From assembly GCA_964016885.1 (NCBI GenBank), contig OZ024757.1, positions 31,248,001-31,312,000 of the forward strand: DNA of 64,000 bases, given 5' to 3'. Shown here piece after piece: positions 32,242-45,059 of this stretch; position 1 is the first letter of the stretch, and every line of letters begins with the position of its first letter. This DNA is from Eledone cirrhosa. Taxonomy: Eukaryota. Both the position numbers and the translations under genes were made by a program. Under the pieces are notes generated by a model. The model did no database searches, had not been told where the DNA came from, and was given only the letters and a program-made list of their open reading frames with translations.

Positions 32242-32760
32242 TAATTGTTTCTACTTTAGGCACAAGGCCAGCAATTACCCAGTGCATTACTGGTACTTTA
32301 TTTTATCGACCCCGTCAGGATGAAAGGCAAAGTCAACCTCGGCGGGATTTGAACTCAGATCGTAAAGGGACGTAACTATGTTAGAAAGCATGGCGTCTGA
32401 CTCTCTACCAATACTGCCAATATTATTATTATTATTATGGTGTGGATTGGCAATATCGGTAGAGGGTCGGACGCCATGCTTTGACGCATAGAGTTACGGC
32501 CCTTGCCATTCTGAGTTCAAATCCCACCGAGGTTAACTTTGCCTTTCATTCTTACGGGGTCGATAAAATAAAGTACCAGTAATGCACTGGGTAATTGCTG
32601 GCCTTGTGCCAAAAGTAGAAACAATTATTATTATTATTCCTTACAAATCCCACCGAGGTTAACTTTGCCTTTCATCCTTACGGGGTCGATAAAATAAAGT
32701 ACCAGTAATGCACTGGGGTAATTGCTGGCCTTGTGCCTAACGTAGAAACAATTATTACTA
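32242..32760. mobile_element. Head-to-head SINE S1 pair (minus 32242-32421, plus 32440-32638) and an extra 3' half
   Basis: Reverse-complement match across a short (ATT)n spacer. Confidence 0.85.
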
Positions 32761-32807
32761 TATATATAGATATAGTTATGTATATAGATAGTTAAATGTA
32801 TACATAG

Positions 32808-32860
<53 letters not shown>

Positions 32861-33217
32861 CATCATCATCATCATCGTTTATTTCACGTAGCTCCATTCT
32901 ATTCTTGCTGGGGAACAAAATATGCCGCAATATGTGTAAGTCAAAAGGTGTCAGGCTTGTCCCATGCTGCGGCACATTAAATCTCTCTGAGAACTACGTT
33001 ATGGCTGCACGTGTCTGTGGAATGGTCAATGAAGGAGGAGGTGGAAGAGGGGGAGAATAACTACAACTACAAGAACAACAACAAGAGTCTGAATTTACTA
33101 AACTGTCCAGCTAACGATTGAGATAACAAATGAATGAAAAGCAATAAAACATACTTATATACATACATATATATATATATATATACATACATACACATAT
33201 ACATACATACATATACG

Positions 33218-33249
<32 letters not shown>

Positions 33250-33583
33250 TATCTATATACACACACACATATATATATATCTAAACACACATACATACAT
33301 ATACATGCATATTTATATATCTACACACGCACACATATACATACACATATATATATATAAACACACATACATATATATATATATATATACACACACATAC
33401 ATATATATATATACACACATATATATATATGTATATATATATGTATATATATATATATGCATATATATATATGTATATATATATGCATATATATATATAT
33501 ATATATATGCATATATATATATATATATGCATATATATATATATATGCATATATATATATATATATATATGCATATATATATA

Positions 33584-33627
<44 letters not shown>

Positions 33628-33710
33628 TATATATATATGCATATATATATATATATATATGCATATATATATATATATATATATAATCATACTGGCATAC
33701 ACACACACAC

Positions 33711-33741
<31 letters not shown>

Positions 33742-33748
33742 TGCATAC

Positions 33749-33795
<47 letters not shown>

Positions 33796-33897
33796 GACTT
33801 ACGTGTGTGTGTGGTGTTTGTCCTCTTTACACTGTAGTGATTTTTCGTTGCACACATAATGTAGTCACCATTCTCTGTGGCAGCCATATTAGCATTA

Positions 33898-34053
<156 letters not shown>

Positions 34054-34183
34054 AATAAGTTTTTTCTAAATTTTTGTCTCTTTTCTTTTGTTTGTTTGTT
34101 TCTTTCTTTCTTTTTTCACTGCTTTTGAAATATTTCCCCTTTTTTCTGTATCTATCTATCTATCTATCTATATATCTATCCAC

Positions 34184-34377
34184 TAGGAAAAAGTATGACC
34201 CCGACGGCAGAGCTCAAGCCGTTTCGATGGCTATTTCTGGTCCAGAATTAGCCATCGAAACGGCTAGAGCTCTGCCGTCGGGGTCATACGTTTTCCTATT
34301 ACCCACTCTACTACCCCAAGTATTGAGTACTCTGGTGCGTTATGGTCCATCTGGTTCATTACCACAACTCCTTCGTT
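34184..34377 (+). mobile_element. Family A copy 8
   Basis: Hairpin plus tail, in (TATC)n. Confidence 0.85.
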
Positions 34378-34389
34378 ATCTATCTATCG

Positions 34390-34860
34390 GTTTTCCTCTG
34401 TATAGTGGCTATGGTGAAAGAATTTATATGGTGGACGAGATTGAGAGGACTGAGGACAGATGCCTTTCTCTCCGGACAACAACTCATTCCCTTCTTTAGA
34501 TACCACTTTAGAAGGAGAATCAGAGTGGAGAGAGAGGCACTGTACCCCAGTAAATTTACTGAATTGTGGGTGAATGTGGCAAAAATGGCCCTAGTGATTG
34601 GTCTTTCTCTGTATATAAACCTGTTAGTTGAAGAAGAGAGCAAAAGGAAGAAGGGAGCACTTGCACAACACGCTCCTGAAGTTGAGGGTTGTTCTATCGA
34701 CGGGGTATTAAACAACCCATTTGTGGCGCCTCCCCCCTCTTGGGGATTTCGATTGTTGTAATTATTTGTTTTTATATTTTTTACACAACTGTATGTAAAA
34801 TCCCCGGCATGTCTTTGTATTGTCTCCTTTTCTAGTGCGCCCTTGTGGCTAATAAAGAAA
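34390..34860 (+). mobile_element. Tx1/L1-clade LINE 3' end (ORF2 C-terminus and 3' UTR)
   Basis: IVAMVKEFIWWTRLRG...RIRVERE...KFTELWV resembles the K-x2-IW-x2-R...F-x3-W C-terminus; ends AATAAAGAAA. Confidence 0.65.
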
Positions 34861-34931
34861 TATATCTATCTGTCTCTTCATTTATCACAATCTCTCTTTC
34901 ACTTGCTTCTTACACACACACACACACACAT

Positions 34932-34966
<35 letters not shown>

Positions 34967-35249
34967 GGCACAAAGAGAGCTACACATATAAGCAGAAACA
35001 CACACACATATGTGTGTCATTCGCTCCCTCTCTCCCTCTCTCTCTCTCTATATATATATATATAGAGAGAGAGAGAGTGAAAGAGAAAAGAACGCGACAT
35101 ACACATACACACATATATACACACATATGTATGTATATATATATATGTGTGTGTATGGGAATAATAACAAAAGTCGGTGAAAAGGAAAATGATTTCTGGT
35201 CCGTTTGGAACCTGTAGCTTTTAAACCAACTCATTATATATTCACGTTG

Positions 35250-35440
35250 GGCGGTGGATTGGCAGTATCGGTAAGGGTCGGACGCCATGCTTTGAAGCAT
35301 AGAGTTACCTCCCTTTATGATCTGAGTTCAAATCCCGCCGAGGTTAACTTTGCCTTTCATCCTTACGGGGTCGATAAAATAAAGTACCAGTAATGCACTG
35401 GAATAATTGCTGGCCTTGTGCCAAAAGTAGAAACAATTAT
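35250..35440 (+). mobile_element. SINE S1, full length
   Basis: As the other S1 copies. Confidence 0.88.
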
Positions 35441-35506
35441 ATATTCACGTTAGCTTTGTTGTTTAAATACCGTAGGTCTTCTTGCTTAGTTGTACAGAAC
35501 CTCACA

Positions 35507-35537
<31 letters not shown>

Positions 35538-35800
35538 TCTCTCTCTTTCCACTCTCTCTCTCTCTGTCCTCTCTCTCTTTCCACTCTCTCTCTCTCCCTC
35601 TCTTTCCTCTCTCTCTCCCAATACTGCCAATCCACCACTCCTTTAACCTCTTAATAATGGCACAGCGTTAATGGTAAGGGCTGCAATGGATTTGAGCTGA
35701 CCTGGGGCTAGATAACAGCAAAAAAAAACCAACAATAACAATGTGAAATGCATACGTTGTGTTGGAATGTACGAAATCTATATCTCATACATAAATATAT

Positions 35801-35971
35801 AACGCACGGACCATAACGCACCAGAGTACTCAATACTTAGGGTAGTAGAGTGGGTAATAGGAAAATGTTTGAATCCGACAGCAGAGCTCAAGCCGTTTCG
35901 ACGGCTATTTCTGGACAAAAATAGCCGTCGAAACGGCTTGAGCTCTGCCGTCGGGGTCAAACATTTTCCTA
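35801..35971 (-). mobile_element. Family A copy 9 (tail partly deleted)
   Basis: GGAAAATGTTTGA...TCAAACATTTTCC hairpin. Confidence 0.85.
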
Positions 35972-36074
35972 TATATATATATATATAGTATTCTATGTAC
36001 TATACATGCACCTTTGATGAATTGTAGTACACTTGAGCACTGTACACAATTTCATTATTATTATTGTTGTTATT

Positions 36075-36283
36075 ATTGGCAGTATTGGTAGAGGGTCGGA
36101 CGCCATGCTTTGACGTATGGAGTTACGGCCCTTGCCATTCTGAGTTCAAATCCCGCCAAGGTTAATTTTGCCTTTCATCCTTACGGGGTCGATAAAATAA
36201 AGTACCAGTAATGCACTGGTACTTTATTTTATCGACCCCGTTGGCCTTGTGCCTAACGTAGAAATAATAATTATTATTATTAT
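36075..36283 (+). mobile_element. SINE S1 with internal 26-bp perfect fold-back (36184-36240)
   Basis: CGGGGTCGATAAAATAAAGTACCAGT AATGC ACTGGTACTTTATTTTATCGACCCCG. Confidence 0.85.
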
Positions 36284-36285
36284 TA

Positions 36286-36365
<80 letters not shown>

Positions 36366-36370
36366 GTGTT

Positions 36371-36546
36371 TATCCCGGGTTCAATCGGAGGTACCCACAG
36401 TAAGTAAGGTACTCAATACATAGCAGAGTATAAATGTTTAATATAGAAATGGCTTCTACAGGACTTGAACTGTTTCATTCGAAGGAAACCATCAGGAAAA
36501 CCTTCGAATGAAACAGTACTAGTCCTGTAGAAGCCATTTCTATATT
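36371..36546 (-). mobile_element. Hairpin-plus-tail family B (relative of family A)
   Basis: Arms 36440-36485 and 36501-36546 with GTTTC..GAAAC core; tail shares ACTCTGCTA and GTATTGAGTAC with family A; arm fragments at 31649-31693 and 50944-50964. Confidence 0.75.
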
Positions 36547-36550
36547 GCGC

Positions 36551-36622
<72 letters not shown>

Positions 36623-36640
36623 TTTATTAAAATATCAGAA

Positions 36641-36822
36641 GGGTGGTGGATTGGCAGTATGGGTAGAGGGTCGGACGCCATGCTTTCCAGCATAGTTACG
36701 TCCCTTTACGATCTGAGTTCAAATCCCACCGAGGTTTACTTTGCTTACGGGGTCGATAAAATAAAGTACCAGTAATGCACTGGGTAATTGCTGCCCTTGT
36801 GCCTAAAGTAGAAACAATTATT
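36641..36822 (+). mobile_element. SINE S1
   Basis: As the other S1 copies. Confidence 0.85.
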
Positions 36823-36866
36823 AAAATAACAGATTAAAGTTTAGTCTTCAAATTTATTATTATTAC

Positions 36867-36900
<34 letters not shown>

Positions 36901-36949
36901 ATAAGAAAATGGTAAGTAGTTTCTTATGTTAAAGTCCTTTATTGATAAT

Positions 36950-37024
36950 GCTGTGATACATATTTCAATGACGACAGTGACCACTTGATTCCGTGTACCC
37001 AGTGCCGTGACATCATCAGACAGC
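36950..37024 (-). ncRNA. HHR motif with long stem II (H5)
   Basis: GCTGT CTGATGA [ACGGCA../..TGTCGT stem] GAAA TATGTA TC ACAGC; perfect 5-bp stem I; AUC triplet. Confidence 0.7.
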
Positions 37025-37050
37025 TTCTTACATAATAAGGTTACGTTCCC

Positions 37051-37092
<42 letters not shown>

Positions 37093-37599
37093 AGCGGGAT
37101 GGGGGAGGGGATAATGTGGTTACGTGTAGAAAGAAAGAAAGAAAGCTAGAAAGGAAACAATGAAATGAAGATACATAGAGTGGATGTTGGGTTACGGGTG
37201 TGACATAGAGAAGGTAGGAGGCGTGTTGGTCAGAACTAAAAGACGTGGTGGAAGGAAGAGTGGAAACAGCAGAGAGAATGATAGAGAGATAGAGAGCGTA
37301 AACGTGTGTGTGTGAGAGAGAGGGGGACGGGAGAGAGAGAGAGAGAGAGTGCAATAGCTACAAGTTGTGATGTTAGTAGGGAACAACGGGCAAAGAGAGG
37401 TAGATAGAAAGATAGATAGAGAGAGAGAGAAATAGGATGAGAGCGAGAGAGAGAGAGAATACATCAACAGCAATAAACAACAACAGCAACAACAAGTACA
37501 GCAATAATTTAACAGGAAACATCAGTAGGAGAGAAATAGATATCTTTCCTTATAGATAGATAGATAGATAGATAGAGAGAGGGGGTGGGGGGAGAACAG

Positions 37600-37639
<40 letters not shown>

Positions 37640-37915
37640 CAGGGAGAGGGAAGAGAACAGATATATATATATATATAGAGAGAGAGAGAGCAGGGAGAGG
37701 GAAGAGAATAGATATACATATATATATATAGAGAGAGAGAGGGGGAGAGAGAGTGAAGTCAACAGCAGTAACAACAACAACAGCAGCAAGACGTTGTGAT
37801 GCTAGCAGAGATCTGCAGGGGGAAGATGTTGCCATGGAAACAGAGGAACTGCCATGATGGTTGTCTAACAATGTTGGTATATGGTGAAATAAACAGCAGT
37901 ATAATAACTGTAGCA

Positions 37916-38686
37916 GTGATGGTGGTGGTGGTGGTGGTGGTACAGTGGTGGTGGTACAGTGGTGGTGGTAGTGGTGGTGGTTGTGGTGGTACAGCGGTTG
38001 TGGTGGTGGTACAGTGGTGGTTGTGGCGGTACAGTGGTGGTGGTACAGTGGTGGTACAGTGGTGGTGGTTGTGGTGGTACAGTGCTGGTGGTGGTGGTAC
38101 AGCGGTGGTTGGGGTGGTTGTGGTGGTTGTGGTGGTACAGTGGTGGTGGTGGTACAGTGGTGGTTGTGGTGGTACAGTGGTGGTGGTGGTACAGTGGTGG
38201 TGATGGTGGTACAATGGTGATTGTGGTGGTACAGTGGTGGTTGTAGTTCAGTTGAGGTGATGGTCGTCGTACAGTGATGGTGGTGGTGTGTGGTGGTGGG
38301 GGTTGCAACACTACGACCAACACTAACAACAACATCAGCACCACCAACACCGCTAACAACAGCACCACCAACATACAACATAACACCAACATCACCACCA
38401 ACACCAGCAACATCACCAATACTACCATCACTAACACCACCACCACCATAAACACCACCGCCACCATCAACAACACCACCACTATCACCAACAACAACAA
38501 CAACAGCACCAACCTCCACCACCATCACCAATAACAACACAACACCACCACCATCATTAACAAAAGCACAACACCCCCGCAAGCACCACCACCACCAACA
38601 ACGACACAACACCACCACTAACACCATAACCATCACCAACAACACCACCACCACCAACAACAACAACAACACAACCACCAACAACA
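37916..38686. repeat. (GGT)n/GGTACA block facing a (CCA/CAA)n block
   Basis: Direct inspection. Confidence 0.9.
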
Positions 38687-41600
38687 GGTGGACAGAGGGA
38701 CAGACTGGCTGGTGGACAGAAGGACTGACAGACTGACAGACAGACAGAACGACTGGCTGGTAGACATACTGACAGACAGATAGAACGACTGGCTGGTAGA
38801 CAGACTGACAGAACGACTGGCTGGTAGACAGACTGACAGACAGACGGAACGACTGGCTGGTGGACAGACTGACAGAACGACTGGCTGGTAGACATACTGA
38901 CAGACAGACAGAACGACTGGCTGGTGGACAGACTGACAGAACGACTGGCTGGTAGACATACTGACAGACAGATAGAACGACTGGCTGGTAGACAGACTGA
39001 CAGACAGACGGAACGACTGGCTGGTAGACAGACAGAACGACTGGCTGGTAGACAGACTGACAGACAGACAGAACGACTGGCTGGTAGACAGACTGACAGA
39101 CAGACGGAACGACTGGCTGGTAGACAGACAGAACGACTGGCTGGTAGACAGACTGACAGACAGACAGAACGACTGGCTGGTAGACAGACAGAACGACTGG
39201 CTGGTACACAGACTGACAGACAGACGGAACGACTGGCTGGTGGACAGACAGACGGAACGACTGGCTGGTGGACAGACAGGCAGAACGACTGGCTGGTAGA
39301 CATACTGACAGACTGACAGAACGACTGGCTGGTGGACAGACAGGCAGAACGACTGGCTGGTAGACAGACTGACAGACAGACGGAACGACTGGCTGGTAGA
39401 CAGACAGAACGACTGGCTGGTAGACAGACAGAACGACTGGCTGGTAGACAGACTGACAGACAGACAGAACGACTGGCTGGTAGACAGACTGACAGACAGA
39501 CGGAACGACTGGCTGGTGGACAGACAGGCAGAACGACTGGCTGGTAGACATACTGACAGACTGACAGAACGACTGGCTGGTAGACATACTGACAGACAGA
39601 CAGAACGACTGGCTGGTGGACAGACTGACAGAACGACTGGCTGGTAGACATACTGACAGACAGATAGAACGACTGGCTGGTAGACAGACTGACAGACAGA
39701 CGGAACGACTGGCTGGTAGACAGACAGAACGACTGGCTGGTAGACAGACTGACAGACAGACAGAACGATTGGCTGGTAGACAGACTGACAGACAGACGGA
39801 ACGACTGGCTGGTAGACAGACAGAACGACTGGCTGGTAGACAGACTGACAGACAGATAGAACGACTGGCTGGTAGACAGACTGAACGACTGGCTGGTAGA
39901 CAGACTGACAGACAGACAGAACGACTGGCTGTTAGACAGACTGACAGACAGACGGAACGACTGGCTGGTAGACAGACAGAACGACTGGCTGGTAGACAGA
40001 CTGACAGACAGATAGAACGACTGGCTGGTAGACAGACTGACAGACAGACAGAACGACTGGCTGGTAGACAGACAGAACGACTGGCTGGTAGACAGACTGA
40101 CAGACAGACAGAACGACTGGCTGGTAGACAGACTGACAGACAGACGGAACGACTGGCTGGTGGACAGACAGGCAGAACGACTGGCTGGTAGACATACTGA
40201 CAGAACGACTGGCTGGTGGACAGACAGGCAGAACGACTGGCTGGTAGACATACTGACAGACAGACAGAACGACTGGCTGGTGGACAGACTGACAGAACGA
40301 CTGGCTGGTAGACATACTGACAGACAGATAGAACGACTGGCTGGTAGACAGACTGACAGACAGACGGAACGACTGGCTGGTAGACAGACAGAACGACTGG
40401 CTGGTAGACAGACTGACAGACAGACAGAACGACTGGCTGGTAGACAGACTGACAGACAGACGGAACGACTGGCTGGTAGACAGACAGAACGACTGGCTGG
40501 TAGACAGACTGACAGACAGATAGAACGACTGGCTGGTAGACAGACTGACAGACAGACAGAACGACTGGCTGGTAGACAGACAGAACGACTGGCTGGTAGA
40601 CAGACTGACAGACAGACAGAACGACTGGCTGGTAGACAGACTGACAGACAGACGGAACGACTGGCTGGTAGACAGACAGAACGACTGGCTGGTAGACAGA
40701 CTGACAGACAGAACGACTGGCTGGTAGACAGACTGACAGACAGACGGAACGACTGGCTGGTAGACAGACTGACAGACAGATAGAACGACTGGCTGGTAGA
40801 CATACTGACAGACAGATAGAACGACTGGCTGGTAGACAGACTGACAGAACGACTGGCTGGTAGACAAACTGACAGACAGATAGAACGACTGGCTAGTAGA
40901 CAGACTGACAGACAGACAGAACGACTGGCTGGTAGACAGACAGAACGACTGGCTGGTAGACATACTGACAGACAGATAGAACGACTGGCTGGTAGACAGA
41001 CTGACAGACAGACGGAACGACTGGCTGGTAGACAGACAGAACAACTGGCTGGTAGACAGACTGACAGACAGACAGAACGACTGGCTGGTAGACAGACTGA
41101 CAGACAGACGGAACGACTGGCTGGTAGACAGACAGAACGACTGGCTGGTAGACAGACTGACAGACAGACGGAACGACTGGCTGGTGGACAGACAGGCAGA
41201 ACGACTGGCTGGTAGACAGACTGACAGACAGACGGAACGACTGGCTGGTGGACAGACAGAACGACTGGCTGGTAGACAGACTGACAGACAGACGGAACGA
41301 CTGGCTGGTAGACAGACAGAACGACTGGCTGGTAGACAGACTGACAGACAGACGGAACGACTGGCTGGTGGACAGACAGGCAGAACGACTGGCTGGTAGA
41401 CATACTGACAGAACGACTGGCTGGTGGACAGACAGGCAGAACGACTGGCTGGTAGACATACTGACAGACAGACGGAACGACTGGCTGGTAGACAGACAGA
41501 ACGACTGGCTGGTAGACAGACTGACAGACAGACGGAACGACTGGCTGGTGGACAGACAGGCAGAACGACTGGCTGGTAGACATACTGACAGACAGACGGA

Positions 41601-43595
41601 ACGACTGGCTGGTAGACAGACAGAACGACTGGCTGGTAGACAGACTGACAGACAGACGGAACGACTGGCTGGTGGACAGACAGGCAGAACGACTGGCTGG
41701 TAGACATACTGACAGACAGACGGAACGACTGGCTGGTAGACAGACAGAACGACTGGCTGGTAGACAGACTGACAGACAGACGGAACGACTGGCTGGTGGA
41801 CAGACAGGCAGAACGACTGGCTGGTAGACAGACTGACAGACAGACGGAACGACTGGCTGGTGGACAGACAGAACGACTGGCTGGTAGACAGACTGACAGA
41901 CAGACGGAACGACTGGCTGGTGGACAGACAGGCAGAACGACTGGCTGGTAGACATACTGACAGACAGACGGAACGACTGGCTGGTAGACAGACAGAACGA
42001 CTGGCTGGTAGACAGACTGACAGACAGACGGAACGACTGGCTGGTGGACAGACAGGCAGAACGACTGGCTGGTAGACATACTGACAGACAGACGGAACGA
42101 CTGGCTGGTAGACAGACAGAACGACTGGCTGGTAGACAGACTGACAGACAGACGGAACGACTGGCTGGTGGACAGACAGGCAGAACGACTGGCTGGTAGA
42201 CATACTGACAGACAGACGGAACGACTGGCTGGTAGACAGACAGAACGACTGGCTGGTAGACAGACTGACAGACAGACGGAACGACTGGCTGGTGGACAGA
42301 CAGGCAGAACGACTGGCTGGTAGACATACTGACAGAACGACTGGCTGGTGGACAGACAGGCAGAACGACTGGCTGGTAGACAGACTGACAGACAGACGGA
42401 ACGACTGGCTGGTGGACAGACAGGCAGAACGACTGGCTGGTAGACATACTGACAGAACGACTGGCTGGTGGACAGACTGACAGAACGACTGGCTGGTAGA
42501 CATACTGACAGACAGACAGAACGACTGGCTGGTGGACAGACTGACAGAACGACTGGCTGGTAGACATACTGACAGACAGATAGAACGACTGGCTGGTAGA
42601 CAGACTGACAGACAGACGGAACGACTGGCTGGTAGACAGACAGAACGACTGGCTGGTAGACAGACTGACAGACAGACAGAACGACTGGCTGGTAGACATA
42701 CTGACAGACAGACGGAACGACTGGCTGGTGGACAGACTGACAGAACGACTGGCTGGTAGACATACTGACAGACAGACGGAACGACTGGCTGGTAGACAGA
42801 CAGAACGACTGGCTGGTAGACAGACTGACAGACAGGCAGAACGACTGGCTGGTAGACATACTGACAGACAGACGGAACGACTGGCTGGTGGACAGACTGA
42901 CAGAACGACTGGCTGGTAGACATACTGACAGACAGACGGAACGACTGGCTGGTAGACAGACAGAACGACTGGCTGGTAGACAGACTGACAGACAGGCAGA
43001 ACGACTGGCTGGTAGACATACTGACAGACAGACGGAACGACTGGCTGGTGGACAGACTGACAGAACGACTGGCTGGTAGACATACTGACAGACAGACAGA
43101 ACGACTGGCTGGTGGACAGACTGACAGAACGACTGGCTGGTAGACATACTGACAGACAGACGGAACGACTGGCTGGTAGACAGACTGACAGACAGACGGA
43201 ACGACTGGCTGGTAGACAGACAGAACGACTGGCTGGTAGACAGACTGACAGACAGACAGAACGACTGGCTGGTAGACAGACTGACAGACAGACGGAACGA
43301 CTGGCTGGTAGACAGACAGAACGACTGGCTGGTAGACAGACTGACAGACAGACAGAACGACTGGCTGGTAGACAGACTGACAGACAGACGGAACGACTGG
43401 CTGGTAGACAGACAGAACGACTGGCTGGTAGACATACTGACAGACAGATAGAACGACTGGCTGGTAGACAGACTGACAGAACGACTGGCTGGTAGACAGA
43501 CGGAACGACTGGCTGGTAGACAGACTGACAGAACGACTGGCTGGTAGACAGACTGACAGACAGACGGAACGACTGGCTGGTAGACAGACTGACAG
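38687..43595. repeat. 4.9-kb modular satellite: GAACGACTGGCTGGT(A/G) plus a variable number of GACA/GACT/TACT/GGCA tetramers (24-36 bp units)
   Basis: Highly homogeneous tandem units; source of the 1695, 1250 and 708 aa artefact ORFs. Confidence 0.97.
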
Positions 43596-43610
43596 TATAT
43601 ATATATATAC

Positions 43611-43735
43611 CGAATGAAGTGTGGTAAGGAACCAGGTGGACCATAACGCACCAGAGTACTCGATACTTTGGGTAGTAGAGACATTGCTGTCGAAACGGCT
43701 TGAACTCTGCCGTCGGGGTTCTGACTCTTTTGCTA
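43611..43735 (-). mobile_element. Family A copy 10 (one arm deleted)
   Basis: Tail GTGGTAAGGAACCAGGTGGACCATAACG joined to GTCGAAACGGCTTGAACTC. Confidence 0.8.
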
Positions 43736-43783
43736 TATATATATATAAAACTATATATTTATATATAATATATATCTATATCT

Positions 43784-43845
<62 letters not shown>

Positions 43846-43932
43846 GTAAATGGTAAACAGAAATAACAACACAATCGGTACAGTATATGGAAGAGATATA
43901 TTAGGTTAACGCTTGATATAGCAGGAAGAGGG

Positions 43933-43968
43933 TCTTAACGTTTCGCATGCTAGTCCGTCATCAGAAGA
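43933..43968 (-). ncRNA. Minimal HHR motif (H2; stem II damaged)
   Basis: TCTT CTGATGA CGGACTAGCATGC GAAA CG TT AAGA. Confidence 0.55.
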
Positions 43969-44321
43969 AAGAATGAAAAATAAGATAGATTGGGGGAACG
44001 GGCGGGATGGGATTGGAAAAAATGTCTTTAGATAAAAATAACAGGTCCATTCATGTTGACATCTCTTGCAAAACTGTTGGTGCTGGCGTTTTATATAGAG
44101 ATGTATAGTTCAAAGATAATATATTGATAAATCAAATTCCAACACACGGATTTTCATATTTTGGTTTTCTTAATTTTAGTACTTTCATGTTTTACAACAA
44201 TCTTCAGGTGCATGTTACTACACAGACATACACACACAGACACACACACACGTATATAGGCATACACACACACAGGCATACACATACACAGAGGAATTCA
44301 TATATTGATATATCTATAACT

Positions 44322-44443
<122 letters not shown>

Positions 44444-44578
44444 GTGTGTGTGTGTGTATATATTTATATATATATGCAAAGGGATTAAAAGAAACCTCAT
44501 CCCTCTCTGTATGTGTGTGTGAGTGTATGTGTGTGTGTACAGACCACTCGAATATATATATACGCATACAGACAAAAT

Positions 44579-44611
<33 letters not shown>

Positions 44612-44729
44612 CACGTATATATATACATATATATATATACATGTATATATATATATACATATATGTACACGTATATATTTATATAAATATATATACACGT
44701 ATATATATATATATATATATACACACGCA

Positions 44730-44807
<78 letters not shown>

Positions 44808-45059
44808 CGAGTAGTCTGTACACAGTTTCTGATTATGAGATCGTAAAATATGATGAGGTGGAGTGGGGGTAGGGGTACAGAATGGAAAAAGTGCCGGACC
44901 ACCTAATTAATAAAACTAATTAGATTTTACAACCACCCCTCTCTGTACTTGTCCCCCCCTTCCGTCTCTACTATTTTCACCATTAATTTTTCTCTTTATT
45001 TATTTTATTATTATTGTCGGCATCGATCTGTTTTCGTTTACATTTATTTCTGAATACAG

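Noticed and set aside
37790-37915. Complex-looking island open in several frames
   Set aside because: No recognisable homology or consistent splice sites
38687-43595. CRISPR-like constant repeat with variable spacers
   Set aside because: Spacers are only GACA-type tetramers, not unique sequences; eukaryotic context; no cas genes
38557-43684. 1695, 1250, 708 and 692 aa ORFs on the minus strand
   Set aside because: All frames translate the same satellite; starts fall in a family A tail or within the repeat; no domain content
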